Shown here in pieces: positions 61,513 to 64,000 of a DNA stretch of 64,000 nucleotides; positions within the stretch are counted from its first letter, which is position 1; every line of letters starts with the position of its first letter. Source of the stretch: an uncultured Chthonomonadaceae bacterium (GTDB taxonomy: Bacteria; Armatimonadota; Chthonomonadetes; Chthonomonadales; Chthonomonadaceae); NCBI GenBank assembly GCA_963817895.1, contig CAWFQB010000006.1, positions 64,001 to 128,000 of the forward strand, written 5' to 3'. The position numbers and the translations under genes were made by a program. The notes beneath the pieces were generated by a model that saw only the letters and a list, made by a program, of their open reading frames with translations, did not search any database and was not told the origin of the DNA.

Positions 61513-61602
61513 GTCATTACGCGCGGAACACAATTTGCAGAACCGCTCACCCGTTCCGTTATCTGAACGGGTGGCCGCCGCAAGGCCGTAGTTCCCGCCT
61601 AC

Positions 61603-61635
61603 CTATCAACTGAAAACTATCCACTATCCACTGAA
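61603..61635. repeat. Solo heptamer arm (CTATC(A/C)A)n
   Basis: CTATCAA-CTGAAAA-CTATCCA-CTATCCA-CTGAA. Confidence 0.75.
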
Positions 61636-61647
61636 TTGGGAGTTAAT

Positions 61648-62217
61648 ATGAAATTTACCACTGTTTTGACCTTACTCGCGCTTTCCGGCGTGTGCTGTGG
61701 TTCAGTTAGCGCCGAAGCCACGCCGTTTCAGGCGGAAACCGCCAAACCCGCGCCTGCGCCTGCGGAAAAGCCGAACGCCACTCCCGACCCGGAAAAGGAC
61801 AAGGCCATTCGGCAGCTTCTGGAACTTACGGGCGTGGGCAAAATCGCCAAACAACTCATGCAGCAGATGGTCGCCTCGATGCGGCAGACACAATCGGGTG
61901 TCCCAGATGAGTTTTGGACCGCTTTCCTGAACAAGGCCAAGCCGGAGGAGTTGGTGGATTTAATGGTTCCCATCTACGCCAAATACTACACCAGAGAGGA
62001 CATTGACGGCCTGACCGCCTTTTACCGGACGCCGCTCGGCCAGAAGATGCTGACCAGCCTGCCGGCTCTGATGCAGGACAGCAACGCGGTAGGCGAAAAA
62101 TGGGGCCGCGCCAAAGCCGAAGAGATCATTCGGGAACTTGACAAAAGCTCTGCCCCCGCCAAAACAACGCCCGCCGCAAAGCCCAAGCCCAAAAGCAGCG
62201 GCAAAACCAAAGGCTAA
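61648..62217 (+). CDS. Exported DUF2059 family protein
   Basis: Signal peptide, IRQLLELTG, VPIYAKYYT.EDI..L..FY.TPLGQKM...LP..MQDS...GEKWG. Confidence 0.88.
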   Translation: MKFTTVLTLLALSGVCCGSVSAEATPFQAETAKPAPAPAEKPNATPDPEKDKAIRQLLELTGVGKIAKQLMQQMVASMRQTQSGVPDEFWTAFLNKAKPEELVDLMVPIYAKYYTREDIDGLTAFYRTPLGQKMLTSLPALMQDSNAVGEKWGRAKAEEIIRELDKSSAPAKTTPAAKPKPKSSGKTKG

Positions 62218-62318
62218 TAATCGCCGCCTATCGCCGCCGCAACAACAGGCTTTCGCGCATCTTTGCCCAACCGAACGCCGCTACGCATGGTATAGTTTAT
62301 TGTGAGGCAGCGACAATC

Positions 62319-62795
62319 ATGCCCATTCCCGAATTGAACAGCAACGGCTATCTGCCGCCCGGTATCCACGAAGCAAGCCTGCGCGAAACGCTGGCGCGGT
62401 TCGGTGTCGGTTCCCCGGCGTGGCAGCAAAAAGGCGAACTGTTGCGGCTTGTCGTCGAATCCGCGCAAGCCTACCCGACCATCAAGCGCGTACTCGTGTG
62501 GGGCAGTTTCGTCACGGCAAAATTGGAACCGAACGATCTGGACTACTCTTTGGTCGTCAGCAATAGTCACCGTTTCACCGAAGTTGCGCCTGCCTATCGG
62601 CGTTTCCTTGTACCTTCCGAGGCGCGTTTGTTTTACGGAGTGGATGTAAACTATTTGGTCGTTGTAGATCACCCGGTACAGTTGTATGTCGAACGAGTAG
62701 ATTTCATGTGCCGCCAGCGAAACTAAGCGCCTTCCGGCATTGTCGAAATTCCTTTGCGTGGCGAAGTGTGTATATCTTCTGGAGGCGAATTATGA
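62319..62795 (+). pseudogene. DUF6932 minimal nucleotidyltransferase-like protein with in-frame TAA at 62724
   Basis: IP.LN..G.LPPGIH, WGSFVT.K..PND.D; read-through gives PSGIVEI and ends at a TGA overlapping the next ATG. Confidence 0.7.
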
Positions 62796-63043
62796 TTGAA
62801 GATGAGAATCAACTCCGTTACTCCATTGAGTTGATAGCCAGAATGTATTCCAGTCAGGACCGTGAGGCTGGGGAACCTGTCTGGTCCCCGGAAATACGTG
62901 AGCAAATGGCTGACGATACGAAACACATGCGCTTGAAAATTGAGCGTGAAGTAGCGGAGTATCTGGCGGCTAGGTACGGCTATACGCGCCAGCCGGTAGA
63001 ACTGCCTGCCGCGCCTCCCATGAGGATAGAACAAGCGGCGTGA
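62792..63043 (+). CDS. Small partner protein of DUF6932 (antitoxin-like)
   Basis: MIEDENQLRYS...KIEREVAEYL helical pattern; GGAGG RBS. Confidence 0.65.
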   Translation: MIEDENQLRYSIELIARMYSSQDREAGEPVWSPEIREQMADDTKHMRLKIEREVAEYLAARYGYTRQPVELPAAPPMRIEQAA

Positions 63044-63174
63044 GAAGAGGGCTTGTTTCAGAGCGAACGACTTTGCGCAGGCGAATTTTGTATGAACTAT
63101 GAGGATAAGCCCAATCCTGTTAATCCTTTAATCCTGCAAATCATGGTTCAAAACGATGGCTGAAGGAGTGGAAC

Positions 63175-64000
63175 GTGGACCCGCGACGAGAATATGAATT
63201 GCTGCTGACGCGCCGACAGTTGTTCGGGCGCATGGCGACCGGCATCGGAACCGCTGCATTAGCCTCTCTGGTTGCGCCGGACGCTTTTGCCGACGCGAGT
63301 TCCAATCTCGCGGTCAAGGGCGGCGGGGCCATGCCGTTCCTGCACTTCGCGCCCAAAGCCAAGCGCGTGATCTATCTGTTCCAGTCCGGCGGGCCGTCGC
63401 ACATTGACCTGTTCGACTACAAGCCCAAACTGAAAGAGCATCACGGCGAGGAACTGCCCGCTTCCATCCGCAACGGCCAGCGCATCACGGGCATGACGAC
63501 CGGGCAGAAGAATTTTCCCTGCGTCGCGCCCATGTTCAAGTTCGCGCAGCATGGCAAAAACGGGACGTGGTTCAGCGAACTGCTGCCGCATACGGCAGGC
63601 ATTGCCGATGACATCTGCGTGGTCAAATCCGTCAACACGGAGGCCATCAATCACGACCCGGCCATCACGTTCATACAGACGGGTTCGCAGCAGCCGGGAC
63701 GCCCAAGCATCGGCTCGTGGATGTCCTATGGATTGGGCAGCGAAAACAGCAGTATGCCCGCGTACATCGTCCTGATTTCGCAGGGAACCGGCAACCGCAA
63801 CGACCAGCCGCTTTTCGGGCGGTTGTGGGGCAGCGGCTTTCTGCCGTCCATGCATCAGGGCGTGAAACTGCGCTCGCAGGGCGACCCGGTTCTGTATCTT
63901 TCCAACCCTCCCGGCGTGGACAACGCGAGCCGGCGGCACATGCTCGACAGCTCGGCCAACTGAACCATCTGGCCGCAGCAGCAGTTCGGCGACCCGGAAA
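63175..64000 (+). CDS. DUF1501 family (Tat-like RR) protein, continues beyond window (indel ~63955)
   Basis: [68 protein letters not shown]. Confidence 0.92.

Overview
A 64-kb window of a GC-rich bacterial chromosome. The gene content (PEP-CTERM, STN-only proteins, DUF1549/DUF1553, DUF1501, alpha-2-macroglobulin, XisH/XisI) suggests a diderm soil lineage such as Armatimonadota; this is inference only. Many genes are split by single-base indels, most densely at 11.9-22.7 kb, which looks like uncorrected long-read error. The core and metabolic content is: a flavoprotein disulfide reductase, an adenylate cyclase-STAND-TPR protein, a PhyH dioxygenase, an epimerase/ADH/GT4/3xCgeB glycan cluster, a GGDEF-EAL protein, a GH3 hexosaminidase, a DAHP synthase, a sugar ABC transporter, an A2M-VanW operon, Csp and RRM RNA-binding proteins, an XPB helicase and three tRNAs (Leu-GAG, Glu-TTC, Ser-TGA). 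The most notable features are: (1) an XRE-HTH + IrrE/ImmA protease + HEPN (RxxxxH) module with a twin-operator promoter and a predicted antisense sRNA between the protease and HEPN genes; (2) a 1.4-kb integrase-less island in tRNA-Ser carrying a three-gene cassette that ends in a stand-alone C39-like cysteine peptidase; (3) more than a dozen bipartite 7/8/9-mer tandem-repeat mini-elements (purine-rich arm, spacer, C-rich arm), some chimeric and inserted in frame into proteins; (4) a 102-bp MITE present twice, whose three-hairpin core recurs with compensatory changes in a REP-like element; (5) a complete bacterial WGR-PARP; (6) an IS630 inserted into the antitoxin of a VapC module; (7) two orphan structured leaders, one encoding MPVHSPRPP*. 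No CRISPR array, rRNA, integrase or reverse transcriptase was seen.
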